Under the pieces are notes generated by a model that was not told the origin of the DNA, ran no database searches, and worked only from the letters and a program-made list of their open reading frames with translations. Below, piece by piece: positions 63,917 to 64,000 of a stretch of DNA of 64,000 nt. Location: NCBI GenBank assembly GCA_942491115.1, contig CALNZV010000020.1, forward strand, positions 896,524-960,523, read 5' to 3'. The translations under genes and the position numbers were made by a program. The stretch comes from an uncultured Desulfobacteraceae bacterium (lineage in GTDB: Bacteria; Desulfobacterota; Desulfobacteria; Desulfobacterales; UBA5852). Positions within the stretch are counted from its first letter, which is position 1; each line of letters opens with the position of its first letter.

Positions 63917-64000
63917 ATGCAAATCGTTCGCTTCGACAGCGCCCAACACTACGAACCCGAAAAGGACTGGCGGCGAGTCAGTCTATGCAATCAATCGGAC
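63917..64000 (+). CDS. Hypothetical protein, 5' end only (runs off the window)
   Basis: ATG at 63917 preceded by AAAGGAGAG. MQIVRFDSAQHYEPEKDWRRVSLCNQSD... is too short to assign. Confidence 0.45.
   Translation, partial: MQIVRFDSAQHYEPEKDWRRVSLCNQSD

Noticed and set aside
1-64000. CRISPR arrays, IS elements, integrases, toxin-antitoxin pairs and classical defence systems.
   Set aside because: My visual scan found no direct-repeat arrays, transposase/integrase-like ORFs or terminal inverted repeats. The only mobile-element trace is the primase-fragment ORF near 11.5 kb. The lone nucleotidyltransferase at 59044-59610 has no adjacent HEPN-like partner.

Overview
This is a high-GC (roughly 60%) bacterial chromosomal segment, almost fully coding, with no rRNA, tRNA, CRISPR array, IS element or integrase that I could see. 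Gene content suggests an anaerobic Desulfobacterota or Syntrophobacterales-like organism; that is inference only.

**Left part (1-15.1 kb): sulfur, redox and ion homeostasis genes.**
- A nitrate/sulfonate-type ABC transporter.
- An ArsR-controlled permease flanked by thioredoxin-fold proteins.
- crcB next to a DUF190-CBS fusion.
- A peroxiredoxin and an MBL-fold dioxygenase-rhodanese fusion.
- A frameshifted GT4 glycosyltransferase and a primase-fragment ORF.
- A permease followed by a rhodanese whose ORF is cut by an in-frame TGA. I read this TGA as selenocysteine.
- A CDF metal exporter.

**Centre (15.5-47.0 kb): one ~31-kb lipid/polyketide-type cluster.**
- It carries the complete aryl-polyene-like toolkit: 4 KS plus a CLF-like domain, 3 ACPs, KR, 3 dehydratases, 2 thioesterases and an adenylating ligase.
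- It also has a LolA-like carrier, a lipoprotein, an MMPL exporter, LpxL-like and PlsC-like acyltransferases, and glycosyltransferases.
- Six radical SAM genes are interleaved with these: 3 B12-type, a tandem paralogous pair, and 1 SPASM.
- Several fusions are unusual: KS-CLF, MMPL-methyltransferase and DAK2-DegV.
- There is no enoyl reductase and no starter-unit gene.
- This is the best candidate for an uncharacterised system. It has an aryl-polyene (APE) scaffold with the FAS plus radical-SAM layout proposed for ladderane lipid synthesis, and its product is unknown.

**Right part (47-64 kb).**
- lutABC, a CxxDxxC ferredoxin, SUI1/YciH, a PilZ protein and an SGNH hydrolase.
- Hotdog thioesterases and a DUF885 / ATP-grasp-like / methyltransferase operon.
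- A nucleotidyltransferase, SIMPL, DUF3786, lipoproteins and DUF3124.

All family assignments come from motif recognition by eye. No database search was run.
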